64,000 nucleotides of DNA from an uncultured Solirubrobacteraceae bacterium (GCA_963763695.1 CAVXPM010000001.1:116963-180962); one strand, 5' to 3'; counted from the first letter of the stretch, positions 34,526-43,937 are shown. The notes: generated from the letters alone by a model not told the origin. Made by a program: numbers and translations.

Positions 34526-36853
34526 ATGCCCCGACGGCGAAGAACACGTGCGGAGAGCCGCTCGCGCTACTACATCCGGATCGAGGCGCAAAAGCGCGGA
34601 TGGAACATCGCCCATGTGAGTCGCGGCGGTGATGTCCTTGAGGAGAACGAGATAGTCGCGCACTTCCCCGACATCGGCTTGGGACTCACGAAGCCCGATT
34701 TCCTGGTCTGTCTTGGAGGGGAGCCCGCAATCGTCGTAGAGGCCAAGAATGAGGCAGGCAAGCTTCAGCAGGCCATTGACGAGGCTCTTCAATACGCTGA
34801 CGAGATCAACGCCGCAGGGAAGCACCGCATTCGCGTCGCAGTTGGTGCAGCTGGGGAGGAGGACGCCGGCTTCGTTGTAGCCGTGCGCTTTCTCTCAGCC
34901 GACGGCTGGACTCCGCTCCGCTCGCATAGACAAGAGCTCACGGCTGTCCCAACGAGGCGCGAGACCGAGCTTGCACTGGCCGCCAGCGACGGAACGACGA
35001 CGGTGTCGGTGCCGGACGAAAGCGAGTTCGTTGACGCGGCGGTCGAGCTCAGTCGGATCCTCAGGAGCGCAAAGGTCGAGGCTCCGCTCAGACCCAAGGT
35101 CATCGGCGCCATCGTGATGGCTATGTACGAAGGCGACATCGACGTCACCGCTGACCAAGCCCTGGATTCCGTCAACGACTTGGCAGAGAAAGGTATACGT
35201 AGCTCCCAGGATCTCTCAGACTCGGCGAAGGAGCTACTGATTGATGCCCTAACTCTCACGACGGCTGACTTTGATCGCTTGGCCCCTTCGATCAGGCGCA
35301 TCGTGACCATCCTGCGCCGCCTCAATGTGCGATCAGTGCTACAGACCGATACCGATTTTCTTGGCATGTTCTATGAGGCTTTCCTGCGGTACGGCTACGA
35401 CAACAATGCGCTCGGCATCGTCTTCACTCCCAGACACATAACACGATTCTGTGTCGAGCTACTAGGGGCAGAGCCCACGGATCGGGTGATTGACGTCGCC
35501 TCAGGAACAGGCGGCTTTCTAGTTGCTGCGTTCGATCGGATGCTAGCCGAGGCCAGGGGTCCGGCATCGATACAAAAGGTCAAGGAATCGATCTTTGGAA
35601 TCGAGATCAACCCGACCGTCTGGGCGCTCTCGATGCTCAACATGTTTTTCCGCGGAGACGGAAAGGGCAGCATGCAGCGTGGGGACGCCTTTGACCCGCA
35701 AAAGCGCGCCGCCCACAAGGGTCGCTTCACTCGCGCCTTTTTGAACCCACCATTTTCGCAAGACGGGGAACCAGAGACAGACTTCCTCGATGCGTCACTG
35801 GACGCGCTCGAGCCTGAGGGGCGCCTGGCGGCGGTGGTCAAAGCCGGCGTGTTCGCCGACGGTCAACACCGCGCGTGGCGGGAAGCATTCTTGTCCAGGC
35901 ACCGTCTCCTAGGAGTCGTCAGCCTGCCAGAGGACCTGTTTTATCCTACGGCAGCCCCGACATCGATCCTGCTTGCGGAGGCCCATATTCCGCACGGGCA
36001 AGTTGCAAGTGCGTTTATGGCTCGGGTGTGGAATGACGGCTTTGAGAAAATGAAGACGCGACGAGTAGAGCGTGGCGACTCACAGTTGCCGACCGTTGCA
36101 CAGGCGTTCCACGACTTTTCCGCGGGAGAACCTGTTACGTCGGATTTCGCAACAGTGATCCCCGCCTCAGCGCTTGCAGACGGGGCTGAGTGGAGCCCCC
36201 AGCAATACCTCCCACAGCCCGAACCGGAGACCGAGGAGCTCGCGGCAACCCAACGACTGGCGCTACGGAGTGTCTACCAGGCAGTGGCGCAGTTTCCCGA
36301 GCTTGCTGACGTCGCGTTGGAAAACTTTTCAGACGCATGGCAGGATCTTCCAGATCTTCCGGTTGGTCACAACGGTCCGGTGGATAACTTCTTTGTTGTG
36401 AACAATGGAAAGAGCAGCGGAGAGAAGAATTACTCGACCGGGGGGGCACCGTATATCTCGAGCGGGGACTCAGCAAACAGCATCATCCGTCTTGTTGCCG
36501 GCCCTGACGACGAGCTCTTTCCAGAGGGTGGCATTACCGTAACGGCCTTCGGAACGGCGTCGCTCCAGCCGTGGCCCTTCCTCGGACGAGGAAACGGTGG
36601 TAGCGCTGTACGCGTACTTCACCCTCGCTACAACATGTCACTCCGGGAGCTTCTGTGGTTCATCGCTCAGATAAATCTCCAACGCTGGCGGTTCTTTTAC
36701 GCGCGCATGTCTATAAAGAGCAGGTTGGAGCGGCTAGTAGTCGAAGCGCCAACAGAGCGGCTGCCAGACGGAGATCAGCAGATCAATGATGGTATCGCGA
36801 TGTTTCGTGAGCGGCTTGACGAGCTCAGCGACAGTGGCTCGCTAGTAGGTTAG
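34526..36853 (+). CDS. Single-polypeptide restriction-modification enzyme (PD-(D/E)xK nuclease + N6-adenine MTase + one TRD), Type IIG/IIB-like
   Basis: KPDFLV...VVEAK...ALQYA; motif I VIDVASGTGGFL; motif IV NPPF; C-terminal HsdS-like TRD (FFVVNNGKS...PYISSG). ATG at 34526 preferred. Confidence 0.85.
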   Translation: MPRRRRTRAESRSRYYIRIEAQKRGWNIAHVSRGGDVLEENEIVAHFPDIGLGLTKPDFLVCLGGEPAIVVEAKNEAGKLQQAIDEALQYADEINAAGKHRIRVAVGAAGEEDAGFVVAVRFLSADGWTPLRSHRQELTAVPTRRETELALAASDGTTTVSVPDESEFVDAAVELSRILRSAKVEAPLRPKVIGAIVMAMYEGDIDVTADQALDSVNDLAEKGIRSSQDLSDSAKELLIDALTLTTADFDRLAPSIRRIVTILRRLNVRSVLQTDTDFLGMFYEAFLRYGYDNNALGIVFTPRHITRFCVELLGAEPTDRVIDVASGTGGFLVAAFDRMLAEARGPASIQKVKESIFGIEINPTVWALSMLNMFFRGDGKGSMQRGDAFDPQKRAAHKGRFTRAFLNPPFSQDGEPETDFLDASLDALEPEGRLAAVVKAGVFADGQHRAWREAFLSRHRLLGVVSLPEDLFYPTAAPTSILLAEAHIPHGQVASAFMARVWNDGFEKMKTRRVERGDSQLPTVAQAFHDFSAGEPVTSDFATVIPASALADGAEWSPQQYLPQPEPETEELAATQRLALRSVYQAVAQFPELADVALENFSDAWQDLPDLPVGHNGPVDNFFVVNNGKSSGEKNYSTGGAPYISSGDSANSIIRLVAGPDDELFPEGGITVTAFGTASLQPWPFLGRGNGGSAVRVLHPRYNMSLRELLWFIAQINLQRWRFFYARMSIKSRLERLVVEAPTERLPDGDQQINDGIAMFRERLDELSDSGSLVG

Positions 36854-36895
36854 ACTAGGCCACGCCGTGAGACGGGTGCCCTGAGATCGGGCCAC

Positions 36896-36926
36896 GAGCC
36901 GAAGACCGGTCTCGAACTGACCTCTC
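36896..36926 (-). repeat. Degenerate inverted copy of the tRNA-Thr 3' half (att-like)
   Basis: Minus strand GAGGTCA---GTTCGAGACCGGTCTTCGGCTC versus tRNA 33779-33810 GAGGTCAGGGGTTCGAGACCCCTCTCCGGCTC: 26 of 29 aligned positions identical, one 3-nt gap. Confidence 0.7.
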
Positions 36927-37130
36927 GACTCCAGCAAAGCATGCGTCGCCGGGCAAAACGAGGCGGCTGGCCCAGCTCCCTCGGGCTCCCCTGTCATCCA
37001 TCGACCTTCGCGCTCTGCCTGAAGGGCGACGTTTTGGAAAGTCGTGAACCGGCCAACCGCTCGCTCGACGCTAGAGCGCCCCGCTCGTCTGGTCAAATGG
37101 CGCAAGCGGACCTGCACCGATCGAGTGCCT

Positions 37131-37268
37131 TCAGGCGTGCCCAACCTCGATCCCGAGCGCTCGCCGCAGCGATTCGCGCACGAACAGCCGATAGGCGACG
37201 TCGCTGAGCGCCACAGCCGCGATCACGCGCCGCGCGATCCTCCCGATATCGATCCCCGATTCCCCCAT
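37131..37268 (-). CDS. 45-aa small protein
   Basis: MGESGIDIGRIARRVIAAVALSDVAYRLFVRESLRRALGIEVGHA*, preceded by AAGGAGG; below the ORF-track cutoff. Confidence 0.6.
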   Translation of the reverse strand: MGESGIDIGRIARRVIAAVALSDVAYRLFVRESLRRALGIEVGHA

Positions 37269-37551
37269 CTCGTTCCTCCTTGAACCCTCGATGCGCACCC
37301 TCGATGGCTCCCCTAAGCCATCTGCGCACCCCGAACGCTAGGGAACAGCGGCTCGCCAGTCAACTCGAGCAGGAGTGCCTGCAGAGGCTCCCGCGGCTCT
37401 GTGGCGCACGCGAGGCCGGCGCGCGGTTCGTCCGTTTCTCTGCGGCCCCTTTCGTCCACTTTGCATGACGACGATCACGCCGCCTGATGCGCTGGCGATA
37501 ACTCACTGGGGCGGATATCCATCGCGACGTCTGAGAGTGGAGAATCCTGAG

Positions 37552-38175
37552 TTGCATCTACGCAAACCCTCACCGGCCACAGCAATCGCGGTCCTGGCGC
37601 TGTTCGTGGCGCTCGGAGGTAGCGCTGTGGCAGCCCAGCGCTACCTGATCACGAGCACGCGGCAGATCAAGCCGAGCGTGCTCGCCGTCCTGCACGGGGC
37701 GAGGGGCACCACGGGCGCGCAGGGACCTGGCGGACCGCAGGGTATCGCCGGCCCGCAGGGCGCGGCGGGTGCGCAGGGCCCGCAGGGCGCACAGGGCGCG
37801 CGCGGAGAAGCGGGCCCCACGAACCTCAGCTCGATCACGATCATCCGCGCTCCCGACATCAAAGTGCTGCCCGGCAAAGAAGGCACATCGGTCGCCACCT
37901 GCCCGGCGGGGATGCTCGTGGTCAGCGGCGGCGGCTACACGGGCTTCGCCACCAACAACGGCAGCGAAATGAGCGAAGACCACCAGAGCTGGATCGTCTA
38001 TGTTGACAACCTCGCGGGCATCGAAACCAACCTCGAAGCGATCGCATACTGCGCCACCGCCGGCCAGGCGATCACAGTGAGCGCTCCAGCTGTAGCACAC
38101 GCGCGCGCTGTCGTGGAAGCCCAGCGTCTTGCCGCGCGGCTCACCGGCGAACGCGAAGCACTGCAGCACCACTAG
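37552..38175 (+). CDS. Secreted collagen-like (Gly-X-Y) protein
   Basis: Signal peptide [22 protein letters not shown], about 14 Gly-X-Y triplets, Cys-containing C-terminal domain (ATCPAG...VSGGG...YC). Confidence 0.8.
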   Translation: MHLRKPSPATAIAVLALFVALGGSAVAAQRYLITSTRQIKPSVLAVLHGARGTTGAQGPGGPQGIAGPQGAAGAQGPQGAQGARGEAGPTNLSSITIIRAPDIKVLPGKEGTSVATCPAGMLVVSGGGYTGFATNNGSEMSEDHQSWIVYVDNLAGIETNLEAIAYCATAGQAITVSAPAVAHARAVVEAQRLAARLTGEREALQHH

Positions 38176-38206
38176 CCCGGGCGCTCGCCGCAACGCCGCG
38201 AGGCAC

Positions 38207-40048
38207 CTAGCGCACGTACATCGCCTCGATCGCGTCGGTGTACTTCTCGCCGATCGGCTTGCGCTTGAGCTTCATCGTCGGCGTCAGCTCATCGCCGCCG
38301 GGCAGCCAGTCGCCGGCCACGATCGAAAAGCGCTTGACCTGTTCGACGCGGGCCAGCTTGGCGTTGGCCACCTCGACGCCCTTCTGCACCTCTGCGCGTA
38401 CGCGCTCGTCGCCGGCCAGCGACTCCAGCGAGGTCTCCTCGATGCCCTGCTGGCTCGCCCAGGCGGGCGCGAAGTCGGCGTCGAGAACGATCAGCGCCGT
38501 GTTGTAGGGACGCATGTCGCCGATACAGCACGCCTGGCCGATCAGCGGCGAGGCGGTCTTGACGGCGGCCTCGATGTTCGACGGCGACATGTTCTTGCCA
38601 CCCGCGCTGATTATCAGCTCCTTCTTGCGATCCACGATCGTGAGGTAGCCGTCGTCGTCGAAGGCACCGAGGTCGCCCGTGCGCAGCCAGCCATCCTCGG
38701 TGAACGCCTCGCTGGTCATCTCCGGCAGGTTGCGATAGCCGAGCATCACCACTTCCGATTTTACGAGCACCTCGCCGTCGGCATCGAGCTTGATCTGAAC
38801 ACCGGGTGCGGGCGGTCCCACGGTGCCGATCTTGATCTTGCCCGGAGGGTTGACGCTGCCGGCGCCGCAGGTCTCGCTCATCCCCCACAGCTCGGCCAGC
38901 GGCAGGCCGATCGCATGGAAGAACTCGAGCACCTCCACCGGTGTCGGCGCGGCGCCCACGTTGATCGCCTCGACCTGGTCGAGTCCGAGCATCGTCCTGA
39001 CTCCCGCGAAGATCTCCGCGTCGGCCTTGGCGACTTGCTCGGCGAGCTCGACGGGCACCGGTTCGCCGGCCTGCTCCAGGCGCACCTTGCGAACGCTCGC
39101 GGCGATTGCGGCCTGCATCGCCTGCCCCTGCTCCTCGGGCTGGGAGGCGATCATCGTCTCCAGGCCCGCCTTCAGCTTCTCCCAGATGCGCGGTACGGCG
39201 AAGAACCAGCTGGGGCGCACTTCGGGCAGGTAGGAGAGCACCTGGCGCGGGTCCTCGCAGCAGGTGATCTGTAGCCCGTAGACGATCGGCAGGTAGTGGT
39301 GCGCGTTGCGCTCGGCGACGTGGGCGCTCGGCAGCCAGGAGATCACGCGACCGTCGCGCGGGAACTGGATCAGGACGTCGAGGCCCTCGACCGCTGCGAG
39401 CAGGTTGCGGTGGATCAGCTGCACCCCCTTGGGTGGCCCGGTCGTTCCCGAGGTGTAGATCAGCGTCAGAACGTCTCCGGACTCGATCTGGGCGACCGAT
39501 GACTCCACGTCGAAGTCGGGGTTGGAGCCCTCGACCTCGGAAAGCGCGAGAACCCCGTCGGGAGCCTCGCCGTCGATCACGATCACGCTGGCGAGTCCCG
39601 GCAGCTCCTCGCGGGCCTCGAGGACCGAGGCAAGATACTGCTGCTCGCAGATGAGCACGCTCGCCTCGGCGTCCCCCACGAGGTAGCGGATCTGCTCGGG
39701 TGTGTAGGTGTTGTAGATCGAAAAGGGGGTGGCGCCGAGCATCATCGCGGCGAGATCGCAGAGGTGAAACTCGGGGCGGTTTGAGAGCATCAGCGCGACC
39801 GTTTCGCCTCGCTTCACGCCGAGCTTGGCGAGGCCGCCGGCGAGCGCGTCCACGCGTTGGCGCAACTCTCCCCAGGTGATGGTGAAGGCGTCTCCCTTGG
39901 TGCGGATCGCGACCTCGCCGTCGCGGTCGGCCGCGGTTATGCGAAACGCCTCGGCGAGCGTCGAGGCGCGGGTCGCCGCACCCGCCGAGCTGGCCTTCAC
40001 GTCACTCACTGCCGCGTCCATAGCAAGCTCCTCCCACTCACGATTCAC
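38207..40048 (-). CDS. Long-chain fatty acid-CoA ligase (AMP-dependent synthetase)
   Basis: YTSGTTGPPKG, ELWGMSET, WLRTGDLG, DRKKELII, GGKNMSP, ELTPTMKLKR. Confidence 0.93.
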   Translation of the reverse strand: MNREWEELAMDAAVSDVKASSAGAATRASTLAEAFRITAADRDGEVAIRTKGDAFTITWGELRQRVDALAGGLAKLGVKRGETVALMLSNRPEFHLCDLAAMMLGATPFSIYNTYTPEQIRYLVGDAEASVLICEQQYLASVLEAREELPGLASVIVIDGEAPDGVLALSEVEGSNPDFDVESSVAQIESGDVLTLIYTSGTTGPPKGVQLIHRNLLAAVEGLDVLIQFPRDGRVISWLPSAHVAERNAHHYLPIVYGLQITCCEDPRQVLSYLPEVRPSWFFAVPRIWEKLKAGLETMIASQPEEQGQAMQAAIAASVRKVRLEQAGEPVPVELAEQVAKADAEIFAGVRTMLGLDQVEAINVGAAPTPVEVLEFFHAIGLPLAELWGMSETCGAGSVNPPGKIKIGTVGPPAPGVQIKLDADGEVLVKSEVVMLGYRNLPEMTSEAFTEDGWLRTGDLGAFDDDGYLTIVDRKKELIISAGGKNMSPSNIEAAVKTASPLIGQACCIGDMRPYNTALIVLDADFAPAWASQQGIEETSLESLAGDERVRAEVQKGVEVANAKLARVEQVKRFSIVAGDWLPGGDELTPTMKLKRKPIGEKYTDAIEAMYVR

Positions 40049-40124
40049 CCCAACTCTCCCCGTCCGCTCAGACCGCCGGGGCCCGCGGCGATCATAGCCT
40101 TCTCAGGCGGGCTAGGCTCGGGCG

Positions 40125-41501
40125 GTGCGCACGGGCGAGCTCGGATTCTGGTGGCACTCCCTCGGCGGCCAGCCGGTCGCGCGGGCGCCGCTCCCCGGCC
40201 CCCGCGAAGCCGACATCGCAATAGTGGGAGCGGGCTTCACCGGCCTGTGGAGCGCCTACTACCTAAAGCGCGCGCAGCCTTCGCTACGGATCGTGGTGCT
40301 CGAGCGCGAGGTCGCCGGCTTCGGCGCCTCGGGGCGCAACGGCGGCTGGGTATCGGGCTTCTTCTCCGGGCGCCCGGCCGTATACGAACGCCGCGGCGGC
40401 CCCAGCGGCCTCGCTGCGATGCAGCGGGCGATGTTCGAGACGGTTGACGAGGTCGGCCGCGTTATCGCCGAGCACGGCATCGATGCGGACTACGTCAAGG
40501 CCGGCCAGCTGACCGTGGCGCTCGGCGGCGCGCAGGCGCAGCGCCAGCGCGAGCAGGTCCGCCGGGCACGTCACGCAGGGTTGCACGAGCGCGATCTGCG
40601 CGCGCTCTCGGCCGAGCAGCTGGCCGAGCGGATCCGGGTCGCGGGCGCCGCCGGCGCCACCTTCTCGCCCCACGTGGCACGCGTGCATCCCGCAAAGCTC
40701 CTGCGCGGCCTCGCTGCAGCGGTCGAGGCTCTCGGGGTGAGCATCCACGAGGGCACCCCCGTGAGTGAGATATCCGCTCATCGCGCGCTGACGCCGTTTG
40801 GCGCGCTGAGCGCGCGCTGGGTGGTGCGAGCCACCGAGGGCTACACATCCGAGCTGCGCGGCTGCAGGCGCGCGCTCGTGCCGATGAACAGCTCGATGAT
40901 CGTCAGCGAGCCGCTGGCGTCCTCGGCGTGGGAGGAGATCGGCTGGTCCGGGCGCGAGCTGCTGGCCGACAACGCGCACGCCTACGTCTACCTGCAGCGC
41001 ACCGAGGACGGACGTATCGCGATCGGCGGTCGCGGGGTCCCCTACCGCTTCGGCTCGCGCACCGACGGCCGCGGTGAGACGGCGGCGAGCACTGTGGCGA
41101 GCCTGCGCGAGAAGCTCCGCTCGATGTTCCCCGCAAGCGGCGCGACCCCGATCGAGCACGCCTGGTCGGGAGTGCTCGGGGTGCCGCGCGACTGGTGCCC
41201 CTCGGTGAGCGCCGACCCGCGCAGCGGCATCGCCTGGGCGGGAGGCTACGTCGGCGAGGGAGTGGCCGCGGCCAACCTTGCGGGAAGGACGCTGAGCGAC
41301 CTCCTGCTTGGCCGCGAAACAGCGTTGAGCGCCCTTCCCTGGGTTGGACACCGCCCCGCCCGCTGGGAGCCCGAGCCTCTGCGCTGGGTTGGGATCCGCG
41401 GCGCGTACTGGCTCTATCGCCGTGCCGATCGTTGCGAGGAGCGCGGCGGGGGCCCCTCGCGTCTGGGGCGTCTGGTGGACGCAGCGACCGGACGCGCCTG
41501 A
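40125..41501 (+). CDS. FAD-dependent oxidoreductase (DAO/PuuB-like)
   Basis: IVGAGFTGLWSAY, GASGRNGG, RIAIGG, AGGYVGEGV motifs. Confidence 0.88.
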   Translation: MRTGELGFWWHSLGGQPVARAPLPGPREADIAIVGAGFTGLWSAYYLKRAQPSLRIVVLEREVAGFGASGRNGGWVSGFFSGRPAVYERRGGPSGLAAMQRAMFETVDEVGRVIAEHGIDADYVKAGQLTVALGGAQAQRQREQVRRARHAGLHERDLRALSAEQLAERIRVAGAAGATFSPHVARVHPAKLLRGLAAAVEALGVSIHEGTPVSEISAHRALTPFGALSARWVVRATEGYTSELRGCRRALVPMNSSMIVSEPLASSAWEEIGWSGRELLADNAHAYVYLQRTEDGRIAIGGRGVPYRFGSRTDGRGETAASTVASLREKLRSMFPASGATPIEHAWSGVLGVPRDWCPSVSADPRSGIAWAGGYVGEGVAAANLAGRTLSDLLLGRETALSALPWVGHRPARWEPEPLRWVGIRGAYWLYRRADRCEERGGGPSRLGRLVDAATGRA

Positions 41502-41539
41502 TACTTGGCCGGGCCCCACTCAACGACGCGAGGAGATCG

Positions 41540-42430
41540 ATGTCCTTTCAGACGCTGCGCTACGACACAGCCGACGCGGTTGCCACGATCAGCCTCAACC
41601 GCCCCGAGCAGCTCAACACGATCGTCCCGCCGATGCCCGAGGAGCTCGAGCTGGCGGTGCATCGCGCCACCGCCGATCGCGACATCAAGGTGATCGTGCT
41701 GCGCGGCCTCGGTCGCTCGTTCTGCGCCGGCTTCGACTTCGGCGGTGGCTTTCACCAATGGGATGAGAGCCTCACCACCGACGGGCGCTGGGACCCCGGC
41801 AAGGACTTCGCGCTCGCCACCTCGCAGAGCCTCGGCGCGGTCCCGCGCTTCATGAGCCTGTGGCGCTCGCCCAAGCCGGTCATCGCCCAGGTCCACGGCT
41901 GGTGCGTGGGCGGTGGCAGCGACCTGGCGCTGTGCGCGGATCTGGTCATCGCCAGCGAGGACGCACGGATCGGCACCCCCTACTCGCGCATGTGGGGCTC
42001 CTACCTGACGGGCATGTGGCTGTACCGCCTCGGGCTGACCAGGGCCAAGGAGTTCGCGCTCACCGGCAAGCCGCTGTCGGGCGTCGAGGCCGTTGCGGCG
42101 GGACTGATCAACGCAGCCGTGCCATTCGCGCGCCTGGAGCAGGAGGTCCGCGAGCGCGCCCAGCAGCTCGCAGGCATTCCCTCCTCGCAGCTGAGCGCGA
42201 TGAAGCTGATCGTCAATCAGGCCTACGAGAACATGGGCCTCGCCTCCACCCAGCTCCTGGGTCCCGTGCTGGACGGGCTGATGCGAAACACCCCCGATGC
42301 GCAGCGCTTCATCGAGCTGGCCGAGCGCGAGGGAGTGGGCGCTGCGATCGCCCAGCGCGATCGAGCTTTCGGCGACTACAGCCAGGCGGACACGGCCAAC
42401 AAGCCCGACCCGGGCAACGTGATCGGCTAG
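41540..42430 (+). CDS. Crotonase/enoyl-CoA hydratase family protein
   Basis: ISLNRPEQLN, FCAGFDF, IAQVHGWCVGGGSDLALCAD; AGGAG RBS, ATG at 41540. Confidence 0.9.
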   Translation: MSFQTLRYDTADAVATISLNRPEQLNTIVPPMPEELELAVHRATADRDIKVIVLRGLGRSFCAGFDFGGGFHQWDESLTTDGRWDPGKDFALATSQSLGAVPRFMSLWRSPKPVIAQVHGWCVGGGSDLALCADLVIASEDARIGTPYSRMWGSYLTGMWLYRLGLTRAKEFALTGKPLSGVEAVAAGLINAAVPFARLEQEVRERAQQLAGIPSSQLSAMKLIVNQAYENMGLASTQLLGPVLDGLMRNTPDAQRFIELAEREGVGAAIAQRDRAFGDYSQADTANKPDPGNVIG

Positions 42431-42590
42431 CGACGCTGAAGGCTCATACAGCGGGTGCGGCCGGCGTCGAGCCGCACCGCATCGAATCGGCGCGAAACGG
42501 GTTATTCGGGGTAAGAGCCCTGCCGAGGAGCGACTGCCTTGCCCTCGCAGCTCGTTCAAACCAATCGTCATCCCCCAAGGAGAGGCATAC

Positions 42591-43871
42591 ATGCGTTCAA
42601 CCAAGTTGCCAGCATTCGCTGCCGCGGCCGCCGTGCTCGCGCTGGCGCCAGCGGGTGCTTATGCCGCCGGCGGCCACACTCGTCTCAAGCTGCGCAAGCA
42701 CGCAGCCGCAATCGGGCAGTGCCGCCTGAGCATTCGCGTCGAAGCACCACAGATAGTCGCTGGGGAAGCCGCCTCTATACGCGGGAAGCTGAACTGCCGC
42801 GGCGCATCCACCGCACCCGTCACCCTCTACGGGCGCGCCGTGGGAGGCGGAGCCTTCCAGGCGATCGGTGCTCCCACCACCGCCAACGGCGAAGGGCTGT
42901 TCGGGTTCGAAGTCCCGGCGGTGAAAGGCGACTCGGTCTTCTACGCGAGCGCCGCGGGCGCCAAGAGCGCCGAGAAGCCGGTCAAGGTCGCGCCGGTGGT
43001 GACGATGACCGGGCCGGCCAGCGGCACCCAACTGGTGACCGGGCTGCCAACGAGTGCATTCAAGGTCTCGGCTCCCGGCGACGGTGGTGCGACCGTGCTG
43101 CTCGAGCGTGAGAACCCCAGCGCTACCGAAGAGTGGGGCGTGATCCAGCTTGGACAGCTCGACAGCAACGGCGAATACACCTTCAACCACAGGTTCGCAG
43201 TAGCGGGCGGAGCCACTATTCGCGCGGTCGTCAGGCCGCATCGGACGTTCTCCGCGCGCGGCATCTCCGATGAATCTTCGTATGAGATCTCAGACCGGGA
43301 GATCAACGGCCTGAAGATCGCCGCGATGACCGATCCGGTCTCCGCCGGGCAGTCCTTCGAACTGACGGGCGAAGTCACCTCCACGAGCGCGCCGGTCGAA
43401 GTGATCCTGCTGGCTCGTGGGCGCGGTGCCAGCTTCCAGCCCGTCGCGAAAACCACGACCGTCGGCGGCAAGTACAAGTTCACGCAGACCCCCGCCCAGA
43501 ACACCCTCTACCGGGTGATGGTCGCGGGCAAGATGTCCGGGGTCGTCTTCGAGGGGGTCGAGCGGGTGCTCACCGCGGCGGTCACCGCCACCACCGTGAC
43601 CTCCCTGCAGTCGCTCGAATTCTCCGGGACGGTCACTCCGTCGCTGGCAAACCAGCCGGTCCACCTGGAGCGCAAGAACGCTTTTGGTGGCGGCTGGCAC
43701 GTGGTCCCCGCGGTACTGAGCAGCAACGGGATTCTGGGCTACAAGCTCTCCCACCAGTTCTCGGGGTCAGGTCCGGAGAGCTTCCGGATCAAGGTTCCGG
43801 GGGACCCGGCCTTCGAGACGACAGCGAGCGCGCCGTTCGTGATTCAGGTGACGCCCGCGCCGCCCAAGTAA
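42591..43871 (+). CDS. Secreted protein with repeated Ig-like beta-sandwich domains
   Basis: Signal peptide ending AYA-A; about four beta-rich modules with recurring G.V.LER...W patterns; AAGGAGAGG RBS. Confidence 0.65.
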   Translation: MRSTKLPAFAAAAAVLALAPAGAYAAGGHTRLKLRKHAAAIGQCRLSIRVEAPQIVAGEAASIRGKLNCRGASTAPVTLYGRAVGGGAFQAIGAPTTANGEGLFGFEVPAVKGDSVFYASAAGAKSAEKPVKVAPVVTMTGPASGTQLVTGLPTSAFKVSAPGDGGATVLLERENPSATEEWGVIQLGQLDSNGEYTFNHRFAVAGGATIRAVVRPHRTFSARGISDESSYEISDREINGLKIAAMTDPVSAGQSFELTGEVTSTSAPVEVILLARGRGASFQPVAKTTTVGGKYKFTQTPAQNTLYRVMVAGKMSGVVFEGVERVLTAAVTATTVTSLQSLEFSGTVTPSLANQPVHLERKNAFGGGWHVVPAVLSSNGILGYKLSHQFSGSGPESFRIKVPGDPAFETTASAPFVIQVTPAPPK

Positions 43872-43899
43872 GCAGGAAGAACCCTGCTGCTTGTGCCTG

Positions 43900-43937
43900 G
43901 TCTGTGGCCGTCCCTTCGGGGGCGGCCACAGACGTTT
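43900..43937 (+). terminator. Intrinsic terminator (15-bp stem, UUCG loop), possibly bidirectional
   Basis: GTCTGTGGCCGTCCC-TTCG-GGGGCGGCCACAGAC followed by GTTT, between convergent genes. Confidence 0.85.

Larger units (their letters stand above)
33810..36926. mobile_element. Small tRNA-Thr-associated genomic islet (integrase-less)
   Basis: Visibly more A/T-rich with atypical codon usage; starts at the tRNA 3' end, carries an RM gene, and ends at a decayed inverted copy of the tRNA 3' half. No integrase was recognised. Confidence 0.6.

Noticed and set aside
36896-36990. Second, minus-strand tRNA gene
   Set aside because: Only the 3' half resembles tRNA-Thr; there is no matching acceptor 5' strand, D-arm or anticodon arm.
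37710-37815. Short DNA repeats (GGCGCGCAGGG-like)
   Set aside because: Fully explained by Gly-X-Y collagen coding.
42440-42560. Known riboswitch (c-di-GMP, SAM, cobalamin, TPP, glycine) upstream of 42591
   Set aside because: Hairpins are present but none of the conserved core sequences of these classes could be matched.
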